A DNA stretch of 64,000 nt, from NCBI GenBank assembly GCA_009391835.1, contig QWJF01000006.1:1527-65526 (forward strand), written 5' to 3'. Under the pieces are notes generated by a model, which was not told where the DNA came from, did no database searches, and saw only the letters and a program-made list of their open reading frames with translations. Both the position numbers and the translations under genes were made by a program. The DNA is from Chloroflexota bacterium. GTDB lineage: Bacteria; Chloroflexota; Anaerolineae; Anaerolineales; UBA11579. Positions 20,691-30,588 of the stretch are shown here, piece by piece (the first letter of the stretch is position 1; each line of letters starts with the position of its first letter).

Positions 20691-21598
20691 CAGCTCTCCT
20701 CTACTCTTAGCAAGTGGCGACGCAGGCGGCGCAAGCGGCGCAAAAGTGCCCAGCGCCAGCCTGTGCCAGCACGCTCATCGGGTTGCAGCCAACGTTCGAC
20801 CCGGCGAACACTGCGTGCCAAATTTGGGCGCTTGGCACGCATTTTCCCGGCGCGCAGCTCCAGATTGACGTCCAATAGCGTGTAAATATGGCGCATCCCA
20901 CCAGCCAGGCGGGTATTCTCATCAGTTTCGGCGACGCGATAATGGGCGCGGCCCTGGGGCAAATGAGCGTAGTCATGGGTCTGGTGAATGATGGGTAGGG
21001 CAGACGTGGCATCCACAGCCAGCCAGGGTTGGGTGACGGCTTCGTGAATCATCCAGTTGTCCCAACCGGCGCGGCCAATGGCGAAATCGGGGACGCGGTT
21101 ATAAAGGTGGCGTGGGAAGATGAAATAATCGCTACCGCCCTGGGGGTGTAGGAGTCCGGCACGCTGGATTTCGGCTTGCAGTTGACCCACCCAATTGCCG
21201 TTGAAATCAAGCGAGTCCTTGACCTGTAGATCGTAGCGCTGGCCCATCAGCACGAATTGCTCAGCTTGGCCGCGGACTTGCTCCAGGACGGGCAGCGTTT
21301 CGGGCAGCAGGATGATATCGGCGTTCACAACCGCGAGCACAGGCGCCTCGCTGGAGGCTCGGGCGGCTGCAAGCATGGCGCTGACCAACGGCGTGCCCTG
21401 CGCATTGCGGGCCACATCTTTAATATGCTGGACACCAAGTTCTTTGGCGGCTTTGGCTATCCCCGGTTCGTCGCCCTGCAACCACACCTCAACCTGATCG
21501 CCGAGAGCGGCCCAGGAGTGGATGGCGTTGCGCTGAATGGTGTTGATGTGCGCATCCGTGAAAGGCTTGGGGGCAGTGAAAATGGCAAGGGTGCTCAT
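20690..21598 (-). CDS. Uncharacterised GT-A-like glycosyltransferase
   Basis: VNADII (DxD-like), GSDYFIF, GRAGWDNW, HQTHDY. Translationally coupled within the cluster. Confidence 0.6.
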   Translation of the reverse strand: MSTLAIFTAPKPFTDAHINTIQRNAIHSWAALGDQVEVWLQGDEPGIAKAAKELGVQHIKDVARNAQGTPLVSAMLAAARASSEAPVLAVVNADIILLPETLPVLEQVRGQAEQFVLMGQRYDLQVKDSLDFNGNWVGQLQAEIQRAGLLHPQGGSDYFIFPRHLYNRVPDFAIGRAGWDNWMIHEAVTQPWLAVDATSALPIIHQTHDYAHLPQGRAHYRVAETDENTRLAGGMRHIYTLLDVNLELRAGKMRAKRPNLARSVRRVERWLQPDERAGTGWRWALLRRLRRLRRHLLRVEES

Positions 21599-22356
21599 CG
21601 GCGCTCATCCACCTCGCGGTAGCCGCGGTGCTGTACGTCGGCATTGATCTCGGCAAGCCGGGGATTGGCCTCAACCAGGGCAAGCACCTGCTGCCAGGTG
21701 AAATCGTCGCCTTTGAAAGCAGAGACCAACTCCTGCAGCAGTTCCAGATCCTCAGCAGTATCCAGCGTCCAGCGGTGCTGGCCCAAATCGGGCTCGTGGC
21801 GGATGTGCAGGATGTTGAAGCGCTCGGGGTGCTCATAGAAGTAGGGCATCACATGTTCGCGCTCGTGAGGCTGCTGGGCTTCCTTCCAAGCAGTTTCAAG
21901 CGCGGCGAAGGTGCAGAATTCCGCGTCCAAACCAATGGGGATTGTGCGCTCTCCCGGCAGGCGATTGGCGGCAAAATCCAGCAGCGGATCGGCGCTAAGG
22001 AAAGCAGCCAAATTGGCATCCAGCATACCAGGGTCAATCAAGGGGCAATCGCCTGTGAGGCGCACGATGACATCCGCATTGGCCTCACGGGCCGCCTGAT
22101 AGTAGCGATCGAGCACGTCGTGCATTGAGCCGCGGGTGTAGGGGTAGCCGTGTGTTTCGCAGAATTCGGAGATAGCGTCGTCTTCCGGGCTGACCGTGGT
22201 AGCAACCAGCACCTGGTGGATGCGCTCAGCGCGACCAGCGCGGCGCAGGACCCAATCCAGCACCGGGCGACCGCCCAGATTCGCCAGCACCTTGCCGGGC
22301 AAGCGACTGGAGCTCATGCGGGCCTGCACGATGGCGACGACGCGCGGCTCAGGCAT
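21595..22356 (-). CDS. spsF: SpsF-type cytidylyltransferase (nonulosonate CMP activation)
   Basis: IVQARMSSSRLPGKVL, DVLDRY, VRLTGDCPLIDP, REHV, RWTLDTAED. Start set to ATG 22356. Confidence 0.88.
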   Translation of the reverse strand: MPEPRVVAIVQARMSSSRLPGKVLANLGGRPVLDWVLRRAGRAERIHQVLVATTVSPEDDAISEFCETHGYPYTRGSMHDVLDRYYQAAREANADVIVRLTGDCPLIDPGMLDANLAAFLSADPLLDFAANRLPGERTIPIGLDAEFCTFAALETAWKEAQQPHEREHVMPYFYEHPERFNILHIRHEPDLGQHRWTLDTAEDLELLQELVSAFKGDDFTWQQVLALVEANPRLAEINADVQHRGYREVDERR

Positions 22357-23461
22357 GCAGCCTGGCCAGTTCGTAAGCACGTTGGATGCCCAGCTTGTTC
22401 TGCTGCCAATCGGCGCGCTCTTCGGCGCGGGCGCGCGCAGTGTGGCGCATTGCGGAGAAGTCGGTTTCTTCCTGCGCGGCATGCAGGATGGCCGCGGCCA
22501 GCGCATCGGCGTCGTCTACCGGGAAGAGCCAACCTTGTGCACCGGGTTCAATCCATTCACGGTTGCCGGGAATATCGGATACCAGCGCGGGTAGGCCGCT
22601 GGCCAGCGCCTCCATCAGCGAGACGGATGAGCCATCGCTGTGGCTGGCGCTGAGGTAAAGGTCGGCAGCCTGGTAGTAAGCCGGGAGTTCAGATTGGGAC
22701 ACCTGGCCTGCGAAATGGACACGATCCAGCACCCTACCCTGCTCGAAAACGGATTTAGTTTCCTGTTCCAGCGATCCGTTACCCAACAGGAGCAGGCGCA
22801 GACCCTCGTGCTGCTGGGCGGCGCGGACAAAGCTCTGTGCCAGCGCTAAGACACCGTAAAGCGGCTCCCAGGCACGCGTGTGCAGCATAACGAAGGCATT
22901 TTCCCAGCCGAGCCGCTCGCGCAGCGGGCTGGTTTCTTCCAAGGGCGAGAACTTTTCCAAATCCACACCCCAGGCAAAACGCACGACCGAGGTACGCGGA
23001 AAATCGAATTGGGCTGCGGCGTCTTCGACCGCCATGCAATCGGCCATCAAGGCATCCGCTTGGCCCAGCGCAAAGCGGATATTGCTTGCGGCACGCGTGC
23101 TTTGCTGGGCTTCCCGCAAAATATCAGAGCCCCAGGACATAAGCGCCAGCGGATGAAAGCCGGCGCGGGCAGCCAGCGCGCCGCAGGTGTGCAGCGGGCC
23201 GGCGTGAATCAGATCGGGCTGCAAATGCTGGATCACGCGGCGCAGGCTCCGGACCAAATGTGGGGCACGCGACCAGGCGAAAGGGCCTTGCCCGCCATCC
23301 CATTCGATCTCGATGGCGCCCTCCGGAAAATGTCGTTCCTCCAGCCGCGGGCCGCGCTGCTCAAGGCGCAGAAAATGAGCCTCATGCCCAGCTTCAACAA
23401 TGGCTGCCAAAAAACGATGATCGTGCGTGGCGTAATCACGGCTGAAGTACAGAACTTTCAT
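22349..23461 (-). CDS. GT4 family glycosyltransferase
   Basis: WGSDI, GVDLEKF, YLSASHSDGSSVSLMEALASGLP..SDIPGN. Confidence 0.88.
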   Translation of the reverse strand: MKVLYFSRDYATHDHRFLAAIVEAGHEAHFLRLEQRGPRLEERHFPEGAIEIEWDGGQGPFAWSRAPHLVRSLRRVIQHLQPDLIHAGPLHTCGALAARAGFHPLALMSWGSDILREAQQSTRAASNIRFALGQADALMADCMAVEDAAAQFDFPRTSVVRFAWGVDLEKFSPLEETSPLRERLGWENAFVMLHTRAWEPLYGVLALAQSFVRAAQQHEGLRLLLLGNGSLEQETKSVFEQGRVLDRVHFAGQVSQSELPAYYQAADLYLSASHSDGSSVSLMEALASGLPALVSDIPGNREWIEPGAQGWLFPVDDADALAAAILHAAQEETDFSAMRHTARARAEERADWQQNKLGIQRAYELARLHA

Positions 23462-24522
23462 ACCAGATCAGTGGATCGAATTTCCCTGCCAAAGGGCAAA
23501 TCGGCGGCGGCTTTTTTGCCGAGCACGGTGGGCAAATCCCAGGCCATCAGCGCACCCGGGGTGGCCGGGCGCAGCACTTCGAGCATCTCCTCGGTGAATA
23601 CCTCGCCGGCTTTGATGTCGCAGGCGGCGCGCAGACAGCTACGTTGGACAACGTAGGTTTCCTTCTCGTTGTCAGCGACCCTCTTTTCGGTGGAGCCCAG
23701 GGCGCGCTCGAGGATGCGGACCTCCTCCACCATGTGCGCCCAATTGTCCGGGTTCAATGCAAACTTGTGATCGGGACCCTCGCGCTCGTTGCTGTCTGTG
23801 AAGTGGCGCTCGATCACGCGGGCACCCAGGGCCACAGCGCCCACTACAGGCGCGGCGCTCTGGGTGTGATCGGAGAGGCCAAGGACCACATCCGGCCATT
23901 TCTGATGATAAGTCTTAAGCACATTGAGGTGCAGATGATCGTAGTTGCTTTCGGCGGCGGTGTAATTCGTGTTGCACTGCAGGAGGACGATTTGCTTGTT
24001 CACCGGCTGGACGAGATCCATTACTCGTTCGACATCAGCCATCTCGCTGTCGCCGGTGGCAATCAGGATTGGTTTGTTAAATTTGGCCATACGCAAAATG
24101 GCATCCGGCCAGGACATCAGTCCGGAGCCTGCCTTATAGGCGGGAATATAGGGATCGAGCATGTCAATGGCATCGTAATCGTAGGGCGAAGAGAAATAAT
24201 GGATATCAAACTCGTCGCAGGCTTCTTTGAGCGTGGGGGTCCACTCGAAAGGAATGGAGGCATCATCGTAGACCTCATAGACACTCTTTTTCCAGGCGGC
24301 CTGGTGGGAGAGCTGTTCCCCCAGGGATTTGAAGCCATAATCAGAGACGATTTTGGGCGCGCTGAAATTCTGAAATTTGGCGGCATCGGCGCCGGCCTGC
24401 TTGGCGAGGCGGATCAGCTCGATGGCACGCTGGAGATCGCCATCGTGGTTGGCAGCGATGTCGGCGATAAAGTAGGTGGGGTGCGTGAGTCCGACCTTTT
24501 GACCCTGAATCTCAATATCCAT
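23458..24522 (-). CDS. pseI: Pseudaminic-acid-synthase-like nonulosonate synthase (NeuB family) with SAF domain
   Basis: IADIAANHDGD, ADAAKFQ, LQCNTNY, GLSDHT, IERHFT, GPDHKF and a C-terminal SAF domain. Two genes from pseB. Confidence 0.8.
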   Translation of the reverse strand: MDIEIQGQKVGLTHPTYFIADIAANHDGDLQRAIELIRLAKQAGADAAKFQNFSAPKIVSDYGFKSLGEQLSHQAAWKKSVYEVYDDASIPFEWTPTLKEACDEFDIHYFSSPYDYDAIDMLDPYIPAYKAGSGLMSWPDAILRMAKFNKPILIATGDSEMADVERVMDLVQPVNKQIVLLQCNTNYTAAESNYDHLHLNVLKTYHQKWPDVVLGLSDHTQSAAPVVGAVALGARVIERHFTDSNEREGPDHKFALNPDNWAHMVEEVRILERALGSTEKRVADNEKETYVVQRSCLRAACDIKAGEVFTEEMLEVLRPATPGALMAWDLPTVLGKKAAADLPFGREIRSTDLV

Positions 24523-24533
24523 CCTGGCTCCTT

Positions 24534-25463
24534 CTAGTGAACTCGCTCAACGGCCATCGCCCTCAGGCGATCTGGATAGCCCTCGCGATGAAGTGCGTGG
24601 AGGCGATTGAGCCCCGTATGGACGTCGGGTAGATCGGCGCCTCGGGCAGCGGTGAGTTTGTCCACATTGAGGGTGAGATTGCCCGCGCGCGGGGCAGCAT
24701 ATGCGAGGCTGGGCGATTCGGTGGCCATCACCAAATCGGGATCAAAAGCAAAGCGTTCGGCTATGGCAACACCAAAATCGTATTTACTCAGTGAGACGGG
24801 ACTGGCGACGTGAAAGAGCCCGGCCAATTCCAGTTCCATCATGCGCATGAGGAGCAGACCAAGATCATTGGCCAACAATGGGCTGAACCAGCGGTGGGTG
24901 AGGCCGGGAACGGATTCCCCGGCACTCAATTTATTATAGAAAAACTCGGCCAAGCTACGAGAGCCTGCCAAGGACCAACCGAAAAAATTCACGCGTGCCA
25001 CAAGGGCATCCGGGTCTACCGCCATCACGGCTTCTTCCCCAGCCAGTTTGGTGGCGGCATAGATGCTCAGGGGGTGGGGGGCATCGTCCTCGGCGTAATT
25101 GCCCTTCTGGCCATCAAAGACGGCGTCGGTGGAAATATGCAGCAAGCGAATGCCGCGTTGGGCGGCTTGTTGGGCAAGGCGAGCGGGCAGATCCGCGTTC
25201 AGGTGTTGAGCCAGTTCAGGTTGGGCTTCGCAGGCATCCAGGTTGGCGAGCGCCACACAATGGATGAGCCATTCGGGCTTGAATTCATCCAGCAGGGGGT
25301 CGAGGGCGGCCTCGTCCAATAGATCGATCTGGCGCGTGGCGAAAGGCGCATCCACCAAAAGGTGGCTGTGCACCAAGCCGAGCACTTCGTGCTGGGGCGC
25401 GGCTTCCAGAGCCAGGTTGAGGCCCAGTAGACCGCTAGCGCCAGTGATCAGGATACGCGCCAT
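24534..25463 (-). CDS. RmlD-like NDP-4-keto-6-deoxyhexose 4-reductase
   Basis: ITGASGLLG, HISTDAVFDG, YAATKLAGE. Start set to ATG 25463. Confidence 0.85.
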   Translation of the reverse strand: MARILITGASGLLGLNLALEAAPQHEVLGLVHSHLLVDAPFATRQIDLLDEAALDPLLDEFKPEWLIHCVALANLDACEAQPELAQHLNADLPARLAQQAAQRGIRLLHISTDAVFDGQKGNYAEDDAPHPLSIYAATKLAGEEAVMAVDPDALVARVNFFGWSLAGSRSLAEFFYNKLSAGESVPGLTHRWFSPLLANDLGLLLMRMMELELAGLFHVASPVSLSKYDFGVAIAERFAFDPDLVMATESPSLAYAAPRAGNLTLNVDKLTAARGADLPDVHTGLNRLHALHREGYPDRLRAMAVERVH

Positions 25464-25464
25464 G

Positions 25465-26466
25465 CTAGCCGGCAGCCTGTATTTCCGCTTCAAAGGGGGC
25501 GATCAGGGCAGCGATCTCTTTCTCGGAGAGCCTCTGCTGGTTCTCGTCGCTGGCATAGCGGAAGCCCTCGGGGAGGGCTTTGCCCTTCTTCTCCCAAGCG
25601 TGAACAAAGAAGGGACCCTGGGCGGGCTGGATCACGTACATATCGTCCAACTCGCGGGTGGTGCGGGCCTCATCCTCGGAGATAAGCATTTCGTGGAGTT
25701 TTTCGCCGGGTCGGATGCCGATGATCTCAAGTTTAGCGTCCGGGGCGATAACCCTGGCCAAATCGGTAAGGGTGGTGCTGGGCAGCTTGGGCACAAAAAC
25801 CTCGCCGCCCTGCATCTGCTCGATACAGCGCAACACAAATTTCACGCCCTGCTCGAGAGAAAGCCAGAAACGGGTCATGCGTTCGTCGGTGATGGTGATG
25901 GCGCCGGATTGACGCTGGCGGATGAACATGGGCACCACACTGCCGCGGCTCCCGACCACGTTGCCGTAACGCACGCAGCTAAAGCGGGTGGGACGGTCTC
26001 CGGAGTAGGCGTTGCTCTGCACGGTGAGCTTTTCGGCGGCCAGCTTAGTGGCGCCGTAGAGGTTGGCGGGGCTGACAGCCTTATCGGTGCTGAGCGCCAT
26101 CACTTTTTCCACGCGACACTCGAGGGCGGCCTCAACCACGTTGCTGGTGCCCAAAATGTTGGTTTTGATTGCTTCCATAGGATTGTATTCACAAGCAGGC
26201 ACCTGCTTGAGGGCCGCGGCGTGCACCACGACATCCACGCCATCCATCGCGCGGGTGAGGCGCGGTAGGTCGCGGATATCGCCGATGAAATAGCGCAGGT
26301 TGGCCTGGTCGAAGCCGGCGACGCGCATCTCGTGCTGTTTGAGTTCGTCGCGGCTGAAGACGATCACCTTCTCAGGCTTATATTCCTCCAGCAAGATGCG
26401 GATGAAAGCCCTGCCAAAGGAACCAGTGCCGCCCGTAACAAGAACGGTTTTATTTTTCCAATCCAT
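25465..26466 (-). CDS. pseB: UDP-N-acetylglucosamine 4,6-dehydratase (inverting)
   Basis: TGGTGSFG, FSRDELKQ, HAAALKQVPACEYNP, LSTDKA, YGATK, RYGNVVGSRGSV, GIRPGEKLHE. AGGAG RBS before ATG 26466. Confidence 0.95.
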   Translation of the reverse strand: MDWKNKTVLVTGGTGSFGRAFIRILLEEYKPEKVIVFSRDELKQHEMRVAGFDQANLRYFIGDIRDLPRLTRAMDGVDVVVHAAALKQVPACEYNPMEAIKTNILGTSNVVEAALECRVEKVMALSTDKAVSPANLYGATKLAAEKLTVQSNAYSGDRPTRFSCVRYGNVVGSRGSVVPMFIRQRQSGAITITDERMTRFWLSLEQGVKFVLRCIEQMQGGEVFVPKLPSTTLTDLARVIAPDAKLEIIGIRPGEKLHEMLISEDEARTTRELDDMYVIQPAQGPFFVHAWEKKGKALPEGFRYASDENQQRLSEKEIAALIAPFEAEIQAAG

Positions 26467-26500
26467 ATTCACTCCTAGTTCACACCAAGCCCATATGCCG

Positions 26501-26530
26501 AATTAGGTAAAATGGCCGAATCATTGTAAG
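26501..26530. promoter_or_regulatory. Candidate overlapping divergent -10 elements (pseB on minus, GT-C gene on plus)
   Basis: Plus-strand TAAAAT at 26508-26513 and minus-strand TACAAT at 26523-26528, in the 80-bp divergent gap. Confidence 0.45.
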
Positions 26531-26546
26531 CCGACTGAGAGAGGCC

Positions 26547-28175
26547 ATGCAAACTGCGCGTAAATTTCAAATTGCTTTTATTGTTCTGGTCGCGGTTTTT
26601 CTGATCTATGCCGGGACCTATATTTTTCGCAGCAGTTTCGTCGTCGAGGGCGAACGATATTTTGTGTTGAACGACGATGCCATGATCTCGATGCGCTACG
26701 CCCACAATCTGGTGCGCGGAGAGGGGGCGGTGTGGAACGCCGGCGAGCGCGTGGAGGGCTACAGCAACCCGGTGTGGATGCTCTATATGGCCTTCTGGCA
26801 TCTGCTGCCCATCTCGTTGTCCAAGATGAGCCTGCCGATCCAGATTACCGGCGCGCTGCTGCTGGCAACCAATTTGGTGTTCGCGCGTCGTATCGCCCTT
26901 CTGCTCACTAAAAATGAATGGATCGCGCTGGGAGCGGCGACGATGACCGCCTTCTATGGCCCCTTGAATAACTGGGGGCTGCTGGGCATGGAGGTCAGCG
27001 CGCTGGTGCTGATGGTGAGTATCGCCACCTGGTGGACGCTGAAGGCCGCCGGGGACGGACGTTTCGACTACCGACCCTATATCCTGTTGGCAGTGGGCAC
27101 GCTGGTGCGCATGGATATGGCCGTGCCGTTTTTGACCCTGCTGGGGATCAATCTTTGGCTGGATAAGGCGCATCGCAGCCAGCACCTCAAATTTGGTTTT
27201 GGCTGGCTGGCGGCCGGGCTCGGCCTGCAGACGATCCTGCGGCTGGCCTACTATGGCGAGTGGCTGCCCAACACGTATTACCTCAAAGTGACGGGCATGC
27301 CGCTGCTGGTGCGCGTCGGCAATGGGCTGATCGCGCTGTTCAAACTGGTGTGGAACACGGGCTGGCTGCTGGCACTTTTGCCCTTCAGCGCACTGCTCTA
27401 CCGACGCGAGCGTGCCACGCTGACTCTGCTGGCACTTTTCGCCGATCAGGTAGCCTACAGCGTCTACGTGGGCGGCGACGCCTGGGAGCACAAAGGCGGG
27501 GCCAACCGCTATATCTCGTTGGCGATGCCGCTTTTCTTTATTTTGCTGACCACCGCGGCCAGCACCTTGATTGAGAAGCTGGCCACGCTGAGGGATGGCA
27601 AGCGGCTCCCTGCGCAAAACCTCAAGCACGGGCTGCTGATCGCCTTCGTGCTGCTCACGCTCGTGCAGGTCAACAGCACACTTTCTACCGATCTTTCGAT
27701 CACCTGCTGTCCGCTGCGCATTTCGCTGTTCACCAGTTCGGGCTACCGCAGCAACATCGATTTCACGGTGGCCAACGAGGAATACGTGCGCATTGCGCGC
27801 GCGTTGAACCACATGAGCACACCTGAGGCGAGCATCGCGGTGGTGGCGGCGGGCGCCATCCCCTATTTCAGCGACTTGCCGGCCATTGATCTGCTTGGCA
27901 AGAGCGACGCGGTGATTGCCCGCACCGAGAGCCACCTGCCCCAGGCGCCACTGGCACGCCTGACCAGCTTCCGGCCGGGGCACAGCAAGTGGGATTACAG
28001 CTACTCGCTGGGCGTGCTGCACCCGGATATCGTCGTGCAGTTGTGGGAGGATGCCGACCAGGCTCAAGAATTCCTCCACGAATACGTGACAGTGGAAATC
28101 GACGGATTCCAGTTCACGGCACGGCAGGATTCACCGCAGATTCTTTGGGACCAGGTAACCATCATCGACGAATAA
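26547..28175 (+). CDS. GT-C membrane glycosyltransferase, AftB-like family
   Basis: DDAMISMRYAHNL..G..WNAGERVEGYSNPVW, GME, RLAYYGEWLPNTYYLK, GGD, AGAIPY..IDLLG, PGH. Multiple TM helices. Only plus-strand gene. Confidence 0.8.
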   Translation: MQTARKFQIAFIVLVAVFLIYAGTYIFRSSFVVEGERYFVLNDDAMISMRYAHNLVRGEGAVWNAGERVEGYSNPVWMLYMAFWHLLPISLSKMSLPIQITGALLLATNLVFARRIALLLTKNEWIALGAATMTAFYGPLNNWGLLGMEVSALVLMVSIATWWTLKAAGDGRFDYRPYILLAVGTLVRMDMAVPFLTLLGINLWLDKAHRSQHLKFGFGWLAAGLGLQTILRLAYYGEWLPNTYYLKVTGMPLLVRVGNGLIALFKLVWNTGWLLALLPFSALLYRRERATLTLLALFADQVAYSVYVGGDAWEHKGGANRYISLAMPLFFILLTTAASTLIEKLATLRDGKRLPAQNLKHGLLIAFVLLTLVQVNSTLSTDLSITCCPLRISLFTSSGYRSNIDFTVANEEYVRIARALNHMSTPEASIAVVAAGAIPYFSDLPAIDLLGKSDAVIARTESHLPQAPLARLTSFRPGHSKWDYSYSLGVLHPDIVVQLWEDADQAQEFLHEYVTVEIDGFQFTARQDSPQILWDQVTIIDE

Positions 28176-28179
28176 ACGC

Positions 28180-29004
28180 TCATTTTTGAATGACCACCAG
28201 GGGGTAAAGGCCGCGCTCGCCAAAGAAGCGCGGGAAGCGATCTTCCAGCCAAAAAAGCAGACGCAGCCAATAGCGGCCACCCCATTCTGGGCGAATGAAG
28301 AAACGCATCACGTTGGTGCTCATTGTGCGCCAGACGCGGATGCGGTAATTAAGGCGCCCATCCAGAGCCTGGCGCAGCCAGCGCGCATCGTGCTTGACCA
28401 CGTGGGTACCCGCTTCTTTTTCTTCTGCATCCATCTCCTTGAAAGCGACGCCCTTGCGGGTTTTCATCCAGCCCTTTAGCGTATCCAGGCGATCCATGAG
28501 CGGCGAACGATCCCAGCCGTTGACCACCGCAGCGCGGCGCCCAAGGGCCAGTACGCGGGCCAACTCCAAATATGCGGATACATGGTCCTCTTCGGGGAGA
28601 TGGTGAATAGTGTGCAGGGAGACTACGCCATCAAAGACTTCTGGGGCAAAGGGCAGCCGAGACACGTCGGAAACGGCAAAGAGGCCATGATCCCCGATGC
28701 GCTGGCGAGCGGCGATAAGGGCGGTGTGCGAAATGTCGGCGCAGACGCGCTTCTCATATCCGTGTGAGTATTCAAGATATTCAGGATACTGGATGGGGCC
28801 GGAGCCAGCATCCAGAAAGAAGCGGCCGCGTGGCGCAATATAGCGCTGCACGCGCTGATGGCAGCGATGAATGTATTCCTGCGCAATGGGGCGCAAATCC
28901 TCGTAGCGGGCGTTCTGGTAGAGACCCTCTGAAATTTCTTTCCAACCCACGCGGTTGTAGAAGGTGCGCACCTGGCGCTTGATCTCAGCGTCAGTCGGGG
29001 TCAT
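28180..29004 (-). CDS. Class I SAM-dependent methyltransferase
   Basis: LDAGSG, CADIS, DVSRLPF..FDGVVSLHTIHH. Confidence 0.88.
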   Translation of the reverse strand: MTPTDAEIKRQVRTFYNRVGWKEISEGLYQNARYEDLRPIAQEYIHRCHQRVQRYIAPRGRFFLDAGSGPIQYPEYLEYSHGYEKRVCADISHTALIAARQRIGDHGLFAVSDVSRLPFAPEVFDGVVSLHTIHHLPEEDHVSAYLELARVLALGRRAAVVNGWDRSPLMDRLDTLKGWMKTRKGVAFKEMDAEEKEAGTHVVKHDARWLRQALDGRLNYRIRVWRTMSTNVMRFFIRPEWGGRYWLRLLFWLEDRFPRFFGERGLYPLVVIQK

Positions 29005-30587
29005 GACGGATTCCATTCGAAGGCTGTTCCGGTAAGGTAGTCAAAACTGGCGGCGTATTGCCCCTGGCCTTCCGGCGAAAAAAGATCAGCAGGCGAAACC
29101 GCAGAGGTATCCTCGGCGAAGTGCAACAAATGCCAAGGGAAGGGCTGCGGATAATCAAAGAAAAAGCGGTAGGCGTAGTGCCAGGCAGTATCCACCTGCT
29201 CGGGGGTCGGGCGGGCAGCCGACAGATCGGCCAGGCTGGCTTCAAGGTCGGCGAAATATTCCTCCCAGCTGTGGGGATCGCGGGTGAAGCCCTTGCTGCG
29301 GTAATGGGTCTGGCCCACGACGATGACGGGCAGGCCGCTCATAGCCATCTCAAGACCCACGGTGGTGGTATAGACCATGCCCAGGTCAGCGGCTTCGATG
29401 AGATCGTAGGTGTTGACAGGGTCACCAGCGGCCACCAGGCGCATATGGGCGGGCAGCTTGGGCAGTATTTGAGCGACCAAATCAGCCACGGAAGGCCCAT
29501 CCAGGTTGCGCTCGCCAGGGTGCACGCGCAGGACGAATTGCACGTTTTGGCGGGCTGCAAAAAACTCGAGTGTGCGGCGCAACCAGGTGCTCATATCGCC
29601 GCTAAAGGTAGCGCGGCCCAGCGTAAGGCTGTCGCCGATCACGTTGGCGGCCAGCAGCACGACGGGGCGCGCATCAAGGTTCAGCCTGGCGCGCACCTTT
29701 TGGGCGCCCTCGGAGGGCACATCCTGCCATTTACGATAGAAGTTTTGAAACAGGCCAGCCTGCTGGCGGGTGGCAAAGAGTGCGCGCACTTTCTCGCGCT
29801 GGGCATCGTCAAAGGGCAAATTGCGGCGCGCCGCCCACATCGCATCCGTGTCTTGAAGCATCACGGAAGCATCCTGCGCCAACCAGATGCGGCCACGCTG
29901 CTCGCCAAATTCGTAGGAAACCGCAGGCACACCGGCATGCTGCGCAGCTTGAAACACGGCCCCGAATTCAAGGATGAGACCATTGGGCACGATGACCACA
30001 TCCGGCTGATTGGCCTCAATCCAGCGCAAAGCGGCAGCAGCCGCCTGCGTGTTGCGAGCCAGGCGCAATTGATAAAGCTGCGAGGTTCTATCGACTTCCT
30101 CCACCTGGAGCGTGTACTGGGTATCCATGATCGAGACCCGTTCAACAGCCGCGGCCAGCGTGGTTGGCAACGCGGGCACGTCCGTCGTCAGTAAGGATTC
30201 GAGGTGAATGAGCTCTTTGGCGGGCTGGAACAAATCGCGGGTGTAGAGTTCCCGGCGGCGCAGATCAAATTTGGAGACTGGTTTGCGCCAATTCGAATAA
30301 GGCGAATAAGCCAGAGTCACGTTGTGGCCGAGGCCAGCCAGCGCCAGGCCGGAGAGCGCAGCATGCTCCAGCCAATAGTGGAGCGTGGCGTAGAGCAGCA
30401 CCTTTTTGCCTGATTGCGCTCGCAACGGGGAGGCAACTGCCTGGCGCACCCATTCCGGCAGGGTCGCCCGCAGGCCCTCCAGCTTGAAGCCGCCCACCGG
30501 CTCTTTGCGGCCGTGCAGGGCCCAATCGATCTCGGCTGCCAGGGGCAAATGGCCCAACACGCGTTTTATTCGGGGGCTGCGCAACAT
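29001..30587 (-). CDS. Capsule biosynthesis KpsS/KpsC-like GT-B protein (paralog of 7089-8684)
   Basis: IVPNG, AANVIGDS, FVLRVHPGE, TTVGLEMAMSGLPV. Confidence 0.7.
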   Translation of the reverse strand: MLRSPRIKRVLGHLPLAAEIDWALHGRKEPVGGFKLEGLRATLPEWVRQAVASPLRAQSGKKVLLYATLHYWLEHAALSGLALAGLGHNVTLAYSPYSNWRKPVSKFDLRRRELYTRDLFQPAKELIHLESLLTTDVPALPTTLAAAVERVSIMDTQYTLQVEEVDRTSQLYQLRLARNTQAAAAALRWIEANQPDVVIVPNGLILEFGAVFQAAQHAGVPAVSYEFGEQRGRIWLAQDASVMLQDTDAMWAARRNLPFDDAQREKVRALFATRQQAGLFQNFYRKWQDVPSEGAQKVRARLNLDARPVVLLAANVIGDSLTLGRATFSGDMSTWLRRTLEFFAARQNVQFVLRVHPGERNLDGPSVADLVAQILPKLPAHMRLVAAGDPVNTYDLIEAADLGMVYTTTVGLEMAMSGLPVIVVGQTHYRSKGFTRDPHSWEEYFADLEASLADLSAARPTPEQVDTAWHYAYRFFFDYPQPFPWHLLHFAEDTSAVSPADLFSPEGQGQYAASFDYLTGTAFEWNPS

Positions 30588-30588
30588 C

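Noticed and set aside
26475-28079. 534-aa minus-strand ORF
   Set aside because: It is the antisense shadow of the plus-strand GT-C gene, which has clear family motifs. The translation has no recognisable motifs.
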